Source of the DNA: Longimicrobiales bacterium
GTDB lineage: Bacteria > Gemmatimonadota > Gemmatimonadetes > Longimicrobiales > Gaopeijiaceae
DNA length: 64,000 nt
Reading direction: 5' to 3'
Assembly (NCBI GenBank): GCA_963664435.2
Contig: CAXXKM010000002.1
Coordinates: 352,001-416,000, forward strand
Part shown: piece after piece, positions 27,555 to 37,555 of the stretch
Numbering within the stretch: the stretch's first letter is position 1
Layout: each line of letters starts with the position of its first letter
Notes under the pieces: model-generated
Seen by the model: the letters and a program-made list of their open reading frames with translations, nothing else
Told to the model about the DNA's origin: nothing
Database searches by the model: none
Program-made: the position numbers and the translations under genes

Positions 27555-29576
27555 ATGGTCCGCCGAGCCCGAATGATCCCCCTGTTCCTGCTGCTCGCCC
27601 TCGCGCCCCAGGTATCCGCCCAGGAGGGAGACGTTCTGTCCCTCGACAAGTACCTGGACTGGGAGTGGGTGGCCGATCCCCGCATCTCCCCCGACGGCAG
27701 CCGGATCGTCTACACGCGGTCCTGGGTGGACCAGCAGGACGATCGCCGGGCCTCGTCGGTCTGGGTCATGAACGCCGACGGCTCGCGTGCCCGCTTCCTG
27801 CTCGAGGGATCGAGCCCGCGCTGGTCGCCCGACGGCACCCGCATCGCCTTCCTCGACGACTCGCAGATCTTCGTGCGCTGGATGGACGCCGAGGGTGCCA
27901 CCACGCAGATCACGCGCCTGGAGGAGAGCCCGTCGGATATCGCCTGGTCGCCGGACGGCACCCACATCTCCTTCGTCATGACGGTGCCGTCGGACGAGCG
28001 CTGGGCCATCGACATGCCGTCGCCGCCCGAGGGCGCGAGTTGGACCGAAGCCCCGAAGATCGTCACCCGGCTGACCTATCGCCGTGACCGCCGGGGCTAC
28101 ATCGACGACGGCTTCCAGCATCTCTTCCTGGTGCCCGCGGAAGGCGGCACGCCCCGCCAGCTCACCGACGGCGACTGGAACCACTCCGCCCCCCGGTGGA
28201 TGCCCGACGGCTCGGAGATCGTCTTCCAGTCGCTGCGCATCGAGGACTCCGAGGACATCGACAAGACCTGGCGCGAATCGGAGATCTACGCCGTCGACGT
28301 GCGTTCGCGCGCGATTCGGCAGATCACCGACCACCGCGGCCCCGACGGGAGCCCGGTCCCGTCTCCCGACGGCAGCCTGATCGCCTACCAAGCCAACGAC
28401 TGGTCCGACGACACCTACGTCGAGACCGGACTCTACGTGATGAACGCGGATGGCTCGGGCTCACGGCGCATCGCCGGCGAGCTGGGACGGCGCCTCTCGG
28501 GCGTGACCTGGGCCCGGGACGGCAGCGGGGTGTACTTCAACGCAGCAATGACGGGCAACTCGAACCTCTGGTTCGCCCCGGTGAGCGGTGAGCCGCGCGC
28601 GGTCACCAGCGGGAACCACATGCTCGCGGTCACCACGGTCGACCAGGGCGGCCACGCGGTCGGCACGCTCACGAGCTACCACGAAACGGGGGACGTCGTC
28701 TCCTTCCGGCTCGACAGCCCCGGCGACATCCGGCAGCTCACGCGCGTCAACGACGACATCCTGGCCGACGTCGGACTCGGCGAAGTCGAGGAGATCTGGT
28801 ACAAGTCGGTCGACGACTTCGACATCCAGGGCTGGATCATCAAGCCGCCCGACTTCGATCCCGCGCAGCGCTATCCGCTCATCCTCGCGATCCACGGCGG
28901 ACCCCACGGGATGTACAACGTGGGTTTCAACTTCGCCTGGCAGAACCACGCGGCCAACGGCTACGTGGTGCTCTACACCAACCCGCGCGGCAGCTCGGGC
29001 TACGGCAGCGCCTTCGGCAACGCGATCAAGAACGCCTATCCGGGCAAGGACTACGACGACCTGATGAACGGCGTCGACGAGGTGATCGGCCAGGGCTACG
29101 TCGACACCGACAACATGTTCGTCTACGGCTGCTCGGGCGGCGGCGTCCTGACCTCATGGGTGGTCGGCCACACCGACCGTTTCCGGGCGGCGTCCGCCAA
29201 CTGCCCGGTCACCAACTGGCTGTCGTTCGTCGGCACGACCGACGGCGCAACCTGGTACAGGAACTTCGAGCACTTCCCGTGGGACGACCCCTCGGAGCAC
29301 CTGCGCCGCTCCCCGCTGATGTACGTGGGCAACGTGACCACCCCGACCATGCTCATGACCGGCGAGATGGATCTGCGCACGCCGATGGCGCAGACCGAGG
29401 AGTTCTACCAGGCGTTGCGGGTCCTGAAGGTCCCCGCGGCGATGGTGCGCTTCAAGGACGAGTGGCACGGCACCTCGAGCATCCCGTCCAACTTCCTGCG
29501 CACCCAGCTCTACCTGCGCAGCTGGTTCGAGAGGTGGAGGACGCCGATGCCCGTGACGGAGGACGGCGCGCGCTGA
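27555..29576 (+). CDS. S9 family peptidase (acylaminoacyl-peptidase-like), secreted
   Basis: Signal peptide, WSPDG beta-propeller repeats, IHGGPH, NPRGSSGYG, GCSGGG, DLRTP, EWHG. Confidence 0.95.
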   Translation: MVRRARMIPLFLLLALAPQVSAQEGDVLSLDKYLDWEWVADPRISPDGSRIVYTRSWVDQQDDRRASSVWVMNADGSRARFLLEGSSPRWSPDGTRIAFLDDSQIFVRWMDAEGATTQITRLEESPSDIAWSPDGTHISFVMTVPSDERWAIDMPSPPEGASWTEAPKIVTRLTYRRDRRGYIDDGFQHLFLVPAEGGTPRQLTDGDWNHSAPRWMPDGSEIVFQSLRIEDSEDIDKTWRESEIYAVDVRSRAIRQITDHRGPDGSPVPSPDGSLIAYQANDWSDDTYVETGLYVMNADGSGSRRIAGELGRRLSGVTWARDGSGVYFNAAMTGNSNLWFAPVSGEPRAVTSGNHMLAVTTVDQGGHAVGTLTSYHETGDVVSFRLDSPGDIRQLTRVNDDILADVGLGEVEEIWYKSVDDFDIQGWIIKPPDFDPAQRYPLILAIHGGPHGMYNVGFNFAWQNHAANGYVVLYTNPRGSSGYGSAFGNAIKNAYPGKDYDDLMNGVDEVIGQGYVDTDNMFVYGCSGGGVLTSWVVGHTDRFRAASANCPVTNWLSFVGTTDGATWYRNFEHFPWDDPSEHLRRSPLMYVGNVTTPTMLMTGEMDLRTPMAQTEEFYQALRVLKVPAAMVRFKDEWHGTSSIPSNFLRTQLYLRSWFERWRTPMPVTEDGAR

Positions 29577-29599
29577 AGCCGATCCCGGCCAGGAACGGC

Positions 29600-29633
29600 A
29601 ACGGAGCCCCGGGATGATCCTCGGGGCTCCGTT
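29600..29633. terminator. Hairpin, probable intrinsic terminator between convergent genes
   Basis: aacggagccccg-ggatgatcct-cggggctccgtt followed by cttc; a second hairpin atcccgga-ttcct-tccgggat lies at 29653-29673. Confidence 0.7.
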
Positions 29634-29933
29634 CTTCATGTTGGGTCTGTCATCCCGGATTCCTTCCGGGATCACGGGGATCACCCCGCGTCGGCCGTCC
29701 GTTCCCGCCGGGACTGGGTGGCGAGGGCGCGGGGCTCCTTGCCCAGCAGCCTTTCGCTCGCCGTCGGGCGAGTCTCGCGCATGCTGGAAAGGGTGTAGTC
29801 TCTACGTCCCCTGAAACGGGTACTGGATCTGCGAATGAGCATCGTCAACCTCCTTGCATCTATACCTGCGGCGAGCCGCGTCACCCTGACACGGTCCGCA
29901 TGAACATCAGTACGCCGCGAGACGGGAATGGAT

Positions 29934-30341
29934 TCAACGCCGACGGCGAAACACGCTGACCCGCAACGGAGGGTCGACGGTCCAGTGGAAGTACAGCCGG
30001 TTCCGCCCTTCCCGAATCTGGTTCTGCTTCCGGTCGCGGGTCTTGGGATAGTCGACTCCCTGGGCGCTCTCGATGACCACGACCCCCTCGCCCGCGTCGG
30101 CTTCGACCCGGAGCAGCGCCTGTTCCAGATTGTGCAGCAGCTCCTGTTCGGCCCGATCGTGGACGGGGCCATCCGCATTGGCGGACAGCTCCAGCGTCTC
30201 CACGGCCTCGTACTCCTCCGCGAAGTCCTCGGCGCCGAGCGAGAGCCGCCGGTCGCGGCGGAAGCCGATTTCGGTAAGGGCGCGGGAATCGAAATCGGGC
30301 CGGACGCTGTGCAGCCTGGTGCCGTAACGCTTCAGGATCAT
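29934..30341 (-). CDS. Hypothetical protein (135 aa)
   Basis: Typical codon usage, protein-like composition, directly downstream of the helicase. Confidence 0.8.
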   Translation of the reverse strand: MILKRYGTRLHSVRPDFDSRALTEIGFRRDRRLSLGAEDFAEEYEAVETLELSANADGPVHDRAEQELLHNLEQALLRVEADAGEGVVVIESAQGVDYPKTRDRKQNQIREGRNRLYFHWTVDPPLRVSVFRRRR

Positions 30342-30367
30342 GGTGGGTCCGTTTCCGTTTGGAGGGT

Positions 30368-31648
30368 CTACGAGCGCCGCCCCAGAAGACGATCCAGCTC
30401 CTCGGGCGACAGCGAATCCGCGGACTTCGACCCGAAACCGCGCCCGGATCGGGGATGCCGCCGCCCCGTACCGCCATCCCGCGGCTCGACGGGCGTCCCG
30501 GCGTAGTCGAACTCGGGCAGATGGATGCGCTCCAGGGTGCGTCCCAGCAGGAGTTCTATGGACTTGAGGTACGCCAGATCCGGCGCGGTCAGGAAGCTTA
30601 CCGCCGTGCCCGCCGCGCCCGCGCGCGCCGTCCGGCCGATGCGGTGGACGTAGTCGCCGGGGTCGAGCGGGATGTCGTAGTTGACCACGTGCGAGATGCC
30701 CTCCACGTCCAGACCCCGCTGGGCGATGTCGGTGGCGACCAGCACGCGCACGCCTCCGGTCGCGAAGCGGTCGAGCGCCCGCACCCGATGCCGCATCTGG
30801 CGGTCGGAGTGCATGACATCCACCGAAATGCCCTCGCCCTTCAGCCGGGTGAGCAGCATGTCGGCGCCGCGCTTGGTCCGGGTGAAGACGAGCACCTGGT
30901 CCCAGCCCGGGCCGGACAGAAGCCGGACCAGCAGATCCGCCTTCTTCCCCGGCTTGACGGAATACACCCGCTCGTCGATTCCCTCCGCGGTCGTTCCGGA
31001 AGGGGCCACCTCGATGCGCACCGGGTCGCGGGTGACCTGTAGCGAAAGGGCGTGAACGCCGTGCGGCATGGTGGCCGAGAAGAGCATCGTCTGGCGCTCC
31101 CTGGGCACCCTCCTGAGGACGCTCTCGATCTGGGGACGGAAGCCCATGTCGAGCATGCGGTCGGCCTCGTCCAGCACCAGAAAGCCGACCCGGCTCAGAT
31201 CTGCCTGCCCGCGGCGCATGTGATCGATGAAGCGCCCGGGGGTGGCGGCGATGAGTTCCGTGCCGGTCGCGAGCGCGGCGCGCTGCGGTCCGTAGCCCAC
31301 CCCGCCCACGATGCAGGCGCTTCGCAGGGTACTCCCGCGGGAGAGCGCCACTGCCTCACCCAGCACCTGCTGCGCCAGTTCGCGGGTGGGGCAGAGCACG
31401 AGTGCCTGGAGACCGTCGCCCGGGACCGCGCTTTCCAGCACGGGCAGGAGGAACGCCCCCGTCTTGCCGGTCCCGGTCTGGGCGATGCCGACGATGTCCC
31501 GGCCTTCGAGCCCCGGCGGAATCGCCAGCCGCTGCACCGGCGTCGGCAGGCTCCAGCCCAGCGCCTCAACGGCGGCGAGGGTCTCGGGGGATAGGCTCAA
31601 GTCCCCGAACGATGTAACTTCCGGCGTCCCGCCGTCTTCCGCATTCAT
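30368..31648 (-). CDS. DEAD-box RNA helicase (RhlE-like)
   Basis: Q motif PTPVQ, AQTGTGKT, PTRELA, DEAD, SAT, HRIGRTARAG. Confidence 0.95.
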   Translation of the reverse strand: MNAEDGGTPEVTSFGDLSLSPETLAAVEALGWSLPTPVQRLAIPPGLEGRDIVGIAQTGTGKTGAFLLPVLESAVPGDGLQALVLCPTRELAQQVLGEAVALSRGSTLRSACIVGGVGYGPQRAALATGTELIAATPGRFIDHMRRGQADLSRVGFLVLDEADRMLDMGFRPQIESVLRRVPRERQTMLFSATMPHGVHALSLQVTRDPVRIEVAPSGTTAEGIDERVYSVKPGKKADLLVRLLSGPGWDQVLVFTRTKRGADMLLTRLKGEGISVDVMHSDRQMRHRVRALDRFATGGVRVLVATDIAQRGLDVEGISHVVNYDIPLDPGDYVHRIGRTARAGAAGTAVSFLTAPDLAYLKSIELLLGRTLERIHLPEFDYAGTPVEPRDGGTGRRHPRSGRGFGSKSADSLSPEELDRLLGRRS

Positions 31649-31681
31649 CTCCGATATCAGCCTCAAGTGCTCTCCCATGGC

Positions 31682-32194
31682 ATGTCCGATTCCGCCGTAA
31701 CCTCAATACTTTTCGTCTGTTTAGGCAACATCTGCCGCTCTCCCCTGGCGGAAGGCGTCTTCGCCCATCTCGCGAACCAGGCCGACGTCGACGTGCGCGT
31801 CGATTCCGCCGGAACCGGGTCCTGGCACGTGGGTGAGCGCCCGGACTCGCGTGCGCTGGCGGTCGCCCGCGCCCACGGCGTCGAACTCCCGGGGCATGCG
31901 CGCCAGGTAAGTCCGAACGACATGAGCGACTTCGACTACGTGATCGCGATGGACCGCAGCAATCTCGCACATCTGGCGGCGCTACGGCGCTCGTCGCATG
32001 GCTCCGCCCGCCTGCACCTCCTGCGCGAGTTCGATCCCGAGGCCGGCCGCAACAAGGACGTCCCCGACCCCTACTACGGGCGCAGGCGCGGGTTCGAGGA
32101 GTGCTTCCGGATCGTGGAGCGGTCGTGCCGAGGGTTGCTGGAGAGCTTCAACCACCCTCCAGCACACGCGCCATCCGGCGAATCGCCTCGCTGA
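31682..32194 (+). CDS. Low-molecular-weight protein-tyrosine phosphatase
   Basis: VCLGNICRSP P-loop, DSAGT, VPDPYYG. Confidence 0.95.
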   Translation: MSDSAVTSILFVCLGNICRSPLAEGVFAHLANQADVDVRVDSAGTGSWHVGERPDSRALAVARAHGVELPGHARQVSPNDMSDFDYVIAMDRSNLAHLAALRRSSHGSARLHLLREFDPEAGRNKDVPDPYYGRRRGFEECFRIVERSCRGLLESFNHPPAHAPSGESPR

Positions 32195-33332
32195 GCAGGT
32201 CGTCGGAGGTCGCGAAGCTCATGCGCGCGTAGCGGTCGTCGCCGAAGGCCGAGCCCGGGACCAGGGCCACGCCGGCCTCCTCCAGCACGCGGGTGCAGAA
32301 GTCGCTCGACCCCTGGCCGGGGCCACAGGCCGAGTCCACCCGGAAGAAGAGGTAGAAGGCGCCGCCGGGCTCCACGAACGACAGCTCGGGCAGGAGCTCG
32401 CGCATCAGGGAGACGACCAGGCGCTGACGCCGCCTGTACGCCTTCGCCATCTGCCCGATGTCCTCGAGCGAGCGCTCCACGTTGCCGTAGGCTGCGAGCG
32501 CCGCAAGCTGCGACGGGGTGGCGGGATTGGAGGTGGCATGGCTCTGGAAGGCGGCCATCTTCTTCGCGCCGGCTCCCTCGCAATAGGAGAAGCCGATGCG
32601 CCATCCGGTCATCGCGAAGGCCTTGGAGACGCCGTCGATGAGCACGAAGGGACCGACATCCTCCGGGTCCAGCTCCAAGAGCCCCGGCGCCGTCCCGTCG
32701 CCGTCGAAGTGAATGTGGCGGTAGATCTCGTCGTTGATCAGGCGGACGTCGTTGTCCCGGGCCCAGCGCGCCACTGCGGCGAGTTCGGCGCGCGTGTAGA
32801 CGGCTCCCGTGGGATTGCTGGGCGAACACATGATCAACCCGCGGGTGCGCTCCGTGCGGGCGGCCTCCAGGTCCTGGGGACGAAGCAGGAAGTTCTTCTC
32901 CGCGGGCCCCTGGACGAAGACGGGCTCGGCGCGCGAAAGCGTCACCATCTCCGGATAGCTGGTCCAGTAGGGCGAGGCGATCATGACCTCGTCGCCCGGT
33001 CCGAAGAAGGTGAAGCAGGCGTTGAAGAGGGCCTGCTTGGCCCCGGCGGTGACCACCACGTCGCCCCAGGCGGCTTCCGCGCCCCGCGCGACGAGCGAAT
33101 CCGCAATGGCGGCGCGCAGCTCCGGCATTCCGGCGGCAGGGGTGTAGCGAGTGGCGCCCGCACGCACCCCCTCCACGGCCGCATCCACCAGCCAGGACGG
33201 GGTATCGAAGTCGGGCTCGCCGGCGCTCAGGTCGATGATATCCCGCCCTTCCGCGCGCAGGCGCTTCGCAAGCGAGCTGACGGCCATGGTGGCGGACGGC
33301 TGGAGTCGGGCGACGTTCTCGCTGAATGTCAT
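32148..33332 (-). CDS. Class I/II PLP-dependent aminotransferase (aspartate aminotransferase-like)
   Basis: GEPDFDTP, SPSNPTG, DEIY, SKAFAMTGWRIG. Confidence 0.95.
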   Translation of the reverse strand: MTFSENVARLQPSATMAVSSLAKRLRAEGRDIIDLSAGEPDFDTPSWLVDAAVEGVRAGATRYTPAAGMPELRAAIADSLVARGAEAAWGDVVVTAGAKQALFNACFTFFGPGDEVMIASPYWTSYPEMVTLSRAEPVFVQGPAEKNFLLRPQDLEAARTERTRGLIMCSPSNPTGAVYTRAELAAVARWARDNDVRLINDEIYRHIHFDGDGTAPGLLELDPEDVGPFVLIDGVSKAFAMTGWRIGFSYCEGAGAKKMAAFQSHATSNPATPSQLAALAAYGNVERSLEDIGQMAKAYRRRQRLVVSLMRELLPELSFVEPGGAFYLFFRVDSACGPGQGSSDFCTRVLEEAGVALVPGSAFGDDRYARMSFATSDDLLSEAIRRMARVLEGG

Positions 33333-33517
33333 GGGCGGCGGATCGATGGGAAGGGACGGTCGGCAGGGGATTCGCCCCGGGGACGCTCCCGCCCCGGCGC
33401 GCCACCAAGTTGCCCCGGAGAGCGCCGGCGATCAAGCGGCGAAGCGAGCGCGGCGGAACGGGGCGGCGGTCATGCGCCGCGTTGCAGCACCTTGCGCGGC
33501 CCGCGAGATTCCGCCCC

Positions 33518-34099
33518 ATGGAGGAAGCCGAGGTCATCTTCTACTTCGACTATGTCGATCCCGCGTGCTACCTGCTGGACCAGGTGCTCCGCGCCCTGGT
33601 ACCGGACGGGGTGACGCTGGCCCGCCGTCCGTTCGAGCTCCGACGCCCCCCGTTGCGGCCGATCGACCCCGAAACCGAAGCGTGGCAGGCCCGTTGCCGG
33701 GCAGTTCGAAGGGGAGCGGTGGACTACGGGCTGGCGATACCGATTCCCCTCCGGATGCCGTGGAGCCGCAAGGCGCACGAGTTGTGTCTGCACGCGCGCG
33801 CGAAGGGTTGCTGCGAAGCGATGCATGCGGCACTGTTCCGGACGTTCTTTGAAGGGAAGGCGGACATCGGCCGCATCGACGTGCTGATCGCGCTGGCGGA
33901 AGAGGTGGGGCTGGACGCCACCGAGGCGAGGGCGGTGCTCGATGTGGACCGCTACGCGGCGGAAATCGAGGAGATGCGCGAGGCCGCGCTGCGCGGCGGA
34001 GTACGGGGACCGCCCACGGTCGAGGCGGGCGGCCGCAGACTCGAAGGGCTGCCCGACCGCCGCGAACTGCTTCGCTTTCTCCGCGCGACCGCATCCTGA
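33518..34099 (+). CDS. DsbA/FrnE-like thioredoxin-fold protein
   Basis: FYFDYVDPACY, SRKAHEL, ALFRTFFEGKADIG, GVRGPPT. Confidence 0.8.
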   Translation: MEEAEVIFYFDYVDPACYLLDQVLRALVPDGVTLARRPFELRRPPLRPIDPETEAWQARCRAVRRGAVDYGLAIPIPLRMPWSRKAHELCLHARAKGCCEAMHAALFRTFFEGKADIGRIDVLIALAEEVGLDATEARAVLDVDRYAAEIEEMREAALRGGVRGPPTVEAGGRRLEGLPDRRELLRFLRATAS

Positions 34100-34164
34100 C
34101 GGGGAATCGAGCAAGGGTCGCGGGACCCTGGAATCGGACACCAACCAGCGAGCAAGAGAGGCAG

Positions 34165-34467
34165 ATGGCCGGATATCAGAGGAAAACGGCGCTTTCGCCG
34201 GCCGGAGTGATGGCGCGGGCCGAAGAGATCCTCCCGGACCGTGTCGGGCTGGCCCGCTCCCGGGGTTCGTCGCACGAGGCGACCTACGCGGGCGAGGAGG
34301 GAACCCTCACGCTCACGGTTCACCGCCACGGGATGTATACGTCGGTGACCGCCTCGACGGACCGGCTACGCACCTCCCGCATCGACTACGAGATCCAGAA
34401 GTTCCTCAACAACCTGCCCTACGAGCCGGGTGACAAGGGCGGGCCGGGGTCCGGGGATCCGTCCTGA
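34165..34467 (+). CDS. Hypothetical protein (100 aa)
   Basis: AGAGG RBS, typical codon usage, 2 nt before the next gene. Confidence 0.8.
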   Translation: MAGYQRKTALSPAGVMARAEEILPDRVGLARSRGSSHEATYAGEEGTLTLTVHRHGMYTSVTASTDRLRTSRIDYEIQKFLNNLPYEPGDKGGPGSGDPS

Positions 34468-34469
34468 TC

Positions 34470-36095
34470 GTGGACTCCTTCGAGGAACTCGGTCTCCCGC
34501 CGGAGCTGGTGGAAGCCCTTGCCGCCGAGGGCATCGAGCGCCCCACTCCGCTGCAGAGGGATGTGATCCCGCTTCTGCGGCGCGGCAACAACGCGCTCGT
34601 GCGGGCCGGGCCGGGCAGCGGAACGCTGGTGGGGTACGGTGCGCCCCTGCTCGAGCGGGTCGACGCGGGGGGAGCGATGCCGAGGGCGGTCGTGCTCACC
34701 GCTTCGGCGGCGGCGGCGGCGGCGCTGGCAACCTCCCTCGGGCGGCTCGCGATCGCGACCGGACACGCGGTGGCTGCCCTGGGATCGCCCTGGGCTTCCC
34801 CGGAACGTTCCGACATCCTCTTTGCCACCGCCCCCGACTTGCTTGCGGCGGTGCAGAGTTCCCGGCTGCGACTGGAGGACCTTCGGGCGCTGGTGGTGGA
34901 CGGGGCCGCGACCATCCAGCGATCGGACGGCCTCGATGATCTCGAGACGCTGATCGCTTTCCTGCCGGCGGCGGCGCAGCGGGTCGTTGTTTCGCTGCCG
35001 GTCACCCCGGAGGTGGCATCGTTCGCGCGTGCGCACGCCAGAAAAGCGGGGCACGTGGCGGGGTCCGGCCTCCCGTCGGAGGCGGAGGCGGGGCCGGTTC
35101 GCGGCATCATCCGTTATCGCATCTGCCGCAAGGATGATGTCGATATCGTTCGAACCGCGTCCGAAATCCTGGAGGAGGGCGCGCGCCACGTGCTGGTCTT
35201 CTGCGCCTCCGACGATCGTGCCGCGGATGTGGGCGATCTGCTGTCGCTGCACGGCTTTCAGGCGGGCGCTGCGGGCGATCCCGACGCGCCGATCTGGCTT
35301 TCGGCCGAGGACGATGGCACCGGACCCTCCATCCTCGAGGGAATGGACGGCGCGGGGGGCGTCGCGACGTTGAGCGTCGACGTGCCGGCCGGGGCCGATG
35401 CGCTGCATCGTCGACACGGTCCGGGAGGCACGGCCGCGGTGCTGGTGCTGGGTCGGGAACTGGCGCACCTGAAGGCGATCGCGGCCGAGGCGGGCTGCAG
35501 CCCGCGACCGCTTCCGATACCTCCCCACACCCACGCCCACTCCGCGATTGAGCGCAGGCGATCCGAGCTGCTCCGCGTTCTGGAGAAGGAAGACCTCGCC
35601 TCGGAAATGCTCCTTCTGGCCCCGGTGTTCGAGCGCTACGACCCGGTGGAGGTTGCGGCGGCCGCAAGCCGCTTGGCGGGACGGGCCGCGAAGAACCCCG
35701 CGGCGCATGGCAGGCGAGGCGGAGCAGAGCCTGGCGGGGACGCCGCCAGACCCGCGTCGCCCCCGGCCGCGGTCGAGCTTCCGGTTCGCGCCAAGGCCTG
35801 GGTACGCCTGTTCATGAGCGTGGGCTCGCGGGAGGGAATCGGACCGGGCGACCTGCTGCAGGCCGCCGTGGACGCGGCCGGAATCGAACGCGGACAGGTA
35901 GGCAGAATCGAGATCGAGGAGACCTTCACCCGCGTCGAGATCCGCCAACAGGTGGCTGAAAAGGTGGTTCGCGCCCTGAACGGAACGACTCTGGGCGGGC
36001 GCAGCGTGCGGGTGGACTACCACCGCGAGCCCGCGCGCGGCCCTTCCCGGCCGAAGGGCGGCCCGGGCCGCCGACGCATCAAGCCCCGGTCGTGA
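34470..36095 (+). CDS. Degenerate DEAD-box helicase-like protein with C-terminal DbpA RNA-binding domain
   Basis: SFEELGL..PTPLQ Q motif and DbpA domain (RLFMSVGSREGIGPGDL..GRIEI); catalytic motifs are altered. Confidence 0.85.
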   Translation: MDSFEELGLPPELVEALAAEGIERPTPLQRDVIPLLRRGNNALVRAGPGSGTLVGYGAPLLERVDAGGAMPRAVVLTASAAAAAALATSLGRLAIATGHAVAALGSPWASPERSDILFATAPDLLAAVQSSRLRLEDLRALVVDGAATIQRSDGLDDLETLIAFLPAAAQRVVVSLPVTPEVASFARAHARKAGHVAGSGLPSEAEAGPVRGIIRYRICRKDDVDIVRTASEILEEGARHVLVFCASDDRAADVGDLLSLHGFQAGAAGDPDAPIWLSAEDDGTGPSILEGMDGAGGVATLSVDVPAGADALHRRHGPGGTAAVLVLGRELAHLKAIAAEAGCSPRPLPIPPHTHAHSAIERRRSELLRVLEKEDLASEMLLLAPVFERYDPVEVAAAASRLAGRAAKNPAAHGRRGGAEPGGDAARPASPPAAVELPVRAKAWVRLFMSVGSREGIGPGDLLQAAVDAAGIERGQVGRIEIEETFTRVEIRQQVAEKVVRALNGTTLGGRSVRVDYHREPARGPSRPKGGPGRRRIKPRS

Positions 36096-36137
36096 GCGCC
36101 GGGAATACGGAACCCCTCACGATCAGGACCGCATGAC

Positions 36138-37154
36138 GTGAGCGCCTCCACGAACGGTTCGTTCTCGAGGTGGATGGCGCTGATGGCCGTTTATTTCGTG
36201 GTCGTGAATGCGATCGGCGTTGCGGGGTACATGTACCTCGAGGGCTGGCCGTTCCACGACGCCCTCTACATGACCGTCATCACGCTGACCGCGGTGGGGT
36301 ATCACGAGGTCGCCCCGCTCTCCGCGGCCGGGCGCAATTTCACCATGGGCCTGCTCGCCCTGGGACTGACCGGACTCGGCCTCTGGTTCGCCCTGATTAC
36401 GGCGTTCTTCATCGAAATGGATCTGGCGGCCACGCTTCAACGACGGCGCACCATGAAAACCATCGCCAAGCTGAGAGACCACGTTATCGTGTGCGGATGC
36501 GGTCGCACGGGACGGCAGGTCCTGTTCGAACTGGAGCAGTCGGAGCTCGACTTCGTCGTACTCGAAGTCGACCCCGACAGGGTGCGCACGATCCGCGACA
36601 GACATCCCGGAGTTCGGGTGATCGAGGGCGACGCCGCCAGGGACAAGATCCTCGAGAGCGCAGGCATTCGGCACGCCCGCGGCCTCATCACCTGCCTGAG
36701 CGAGGACGCGGACAACCTGTTCGTGTGCCTGTCCGCGCGCGTACTGAACTCCGAACTGACCGTGGTCGCGCGGGCCGACGACCGCGAAACCACCGCCAAG
36801 ATGTACCGGGCGGGCGCAAACCATGTCGTCAGCCCCAACGTCAGCGGCGGCGTCGCCATGGCCGCGATGCTGGTTCGCCCGTCGGCGACCACGCTGCTGG
36901 AGATCGGCAACCGCCTGCAGGAATTGAATCTGCGTACGGAACAGGTCGCCCTGGGCACGAGGTCGCCGGCGGTGGGAAAGGCGCTCGACGCGACACGCAT
37001 TCGCGAGTCGATGGTCGTGGTGGCCCTCCTGCGGGGAGCGGATCAGAAGGAGATCACGTTCAATCCGAAGGGGAGCACCACGCTCCAGGTCGGGGACGAA
37101 CTGGTGGTCATGGGAACGCCCGGGCAGCTGCAGCGACTGGGGCGGTGGGCGTAG
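36138..37154 (+). CDS. Potassium channel protein with RCK (TrkA-N/TrkA-C) domains
   Basis: DALYMTVITLTAVGY pore helix and filter, HVIVCGCGRTG, GDA, GANHVVSP. Confidence 0.92.
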   Translation: MSASTNGSFSRWMALMAVYFVVVNAIGVAGYMYLEGWPFHDALYMTVITLTAVGYHEVAPLSAAGRNFTMGLLALGLTGLGLWFALITAFFIEMDLAATLQRRRTMKTIAKLRDHVIVCGCGRTGRQVLFELEQSELDFVVLEVDPDRVRTIRDRHPGVRVIEGDAARDKILESAGIRHARGLITCLSEDADNLFVCLSARVLNSELTVVARADDRETTAKMYRAGANHVVSPNVSGGVAMAAMLVRPSATTLLEIGNRLQELNLRTEQVALGTRSPAVGKALDATRIRESMVVVALLRGADQKEITFNPKGSTTLQVGDELVVMGTPGQLQRLGRWA

Positions 37155-37243
37155 GGGCGGGGGCGTAGGGGCGGGGGCGTAGGGGCGGGGACGTAGGGGC
37201 GGGGACGTAGGGGCGGGGACGTACGGGCGGGGGCGTAGGGCGG
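37149..37243. repeat. 14-bp G-rich tandem repeat, about 6.7 copies
   Basis: Unit (g/a)cgtaggggcgggg; the first unit contains the channel gene stop codon. Confidence 0.95.
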
Positions 37244-37348
37244 CGGAAGTCGCGCGGTCCCCAGCCGGGATTCTGAACGAGCCTGCGAGGGGATCGGCCC
37301 TTCAGACGGGCCCGGCCGTCCGCAGGCCGCAACTCGCTCGCGCCGGTG

Positions 37349-37555
37349 CTATTCCTCGTCGCGGGTTCCGCAGCACCCGCTTTTTCGGAGCAGCGTCCAG
37401 ACGAGCCAGACGGCTCCGGCGATCAACAGCAGCTTGAACCCAAAGGCGAAGGCCGCCGCCAGGAGCCCCAGCAGCGGGACGACAATCACCCCCAGCAGCT
37501 TCATAAGCAGGACCGCGGCGATTCCCACCGCGGACAGCTGAGCAAACCTCTTCAT
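37349..37555 (-). CDS. Small membrane protein (68 aa)
   Basis: Hydrophobic segments; GGAGAAGGGA RBS. Confidence 0.7.
   Translation of the reverse strand: MKRFAQLSAVGIAAVLLMKLLGVIVVPLLGLLAAAFAFGFKLLLIAGAVWLVWTLLRKSGCCGTRDEE

Noticed and set aside
32148..32194. 47-nt convergent overlap of the phosphatase and aminotransferase genes
   Set aside because: Short 3' overlaps are common in high-GC genomes.
37149..37243. CRISPR array
   Set aside because: Head-to-tail 14-mers without spacers; no cas genes in the window.
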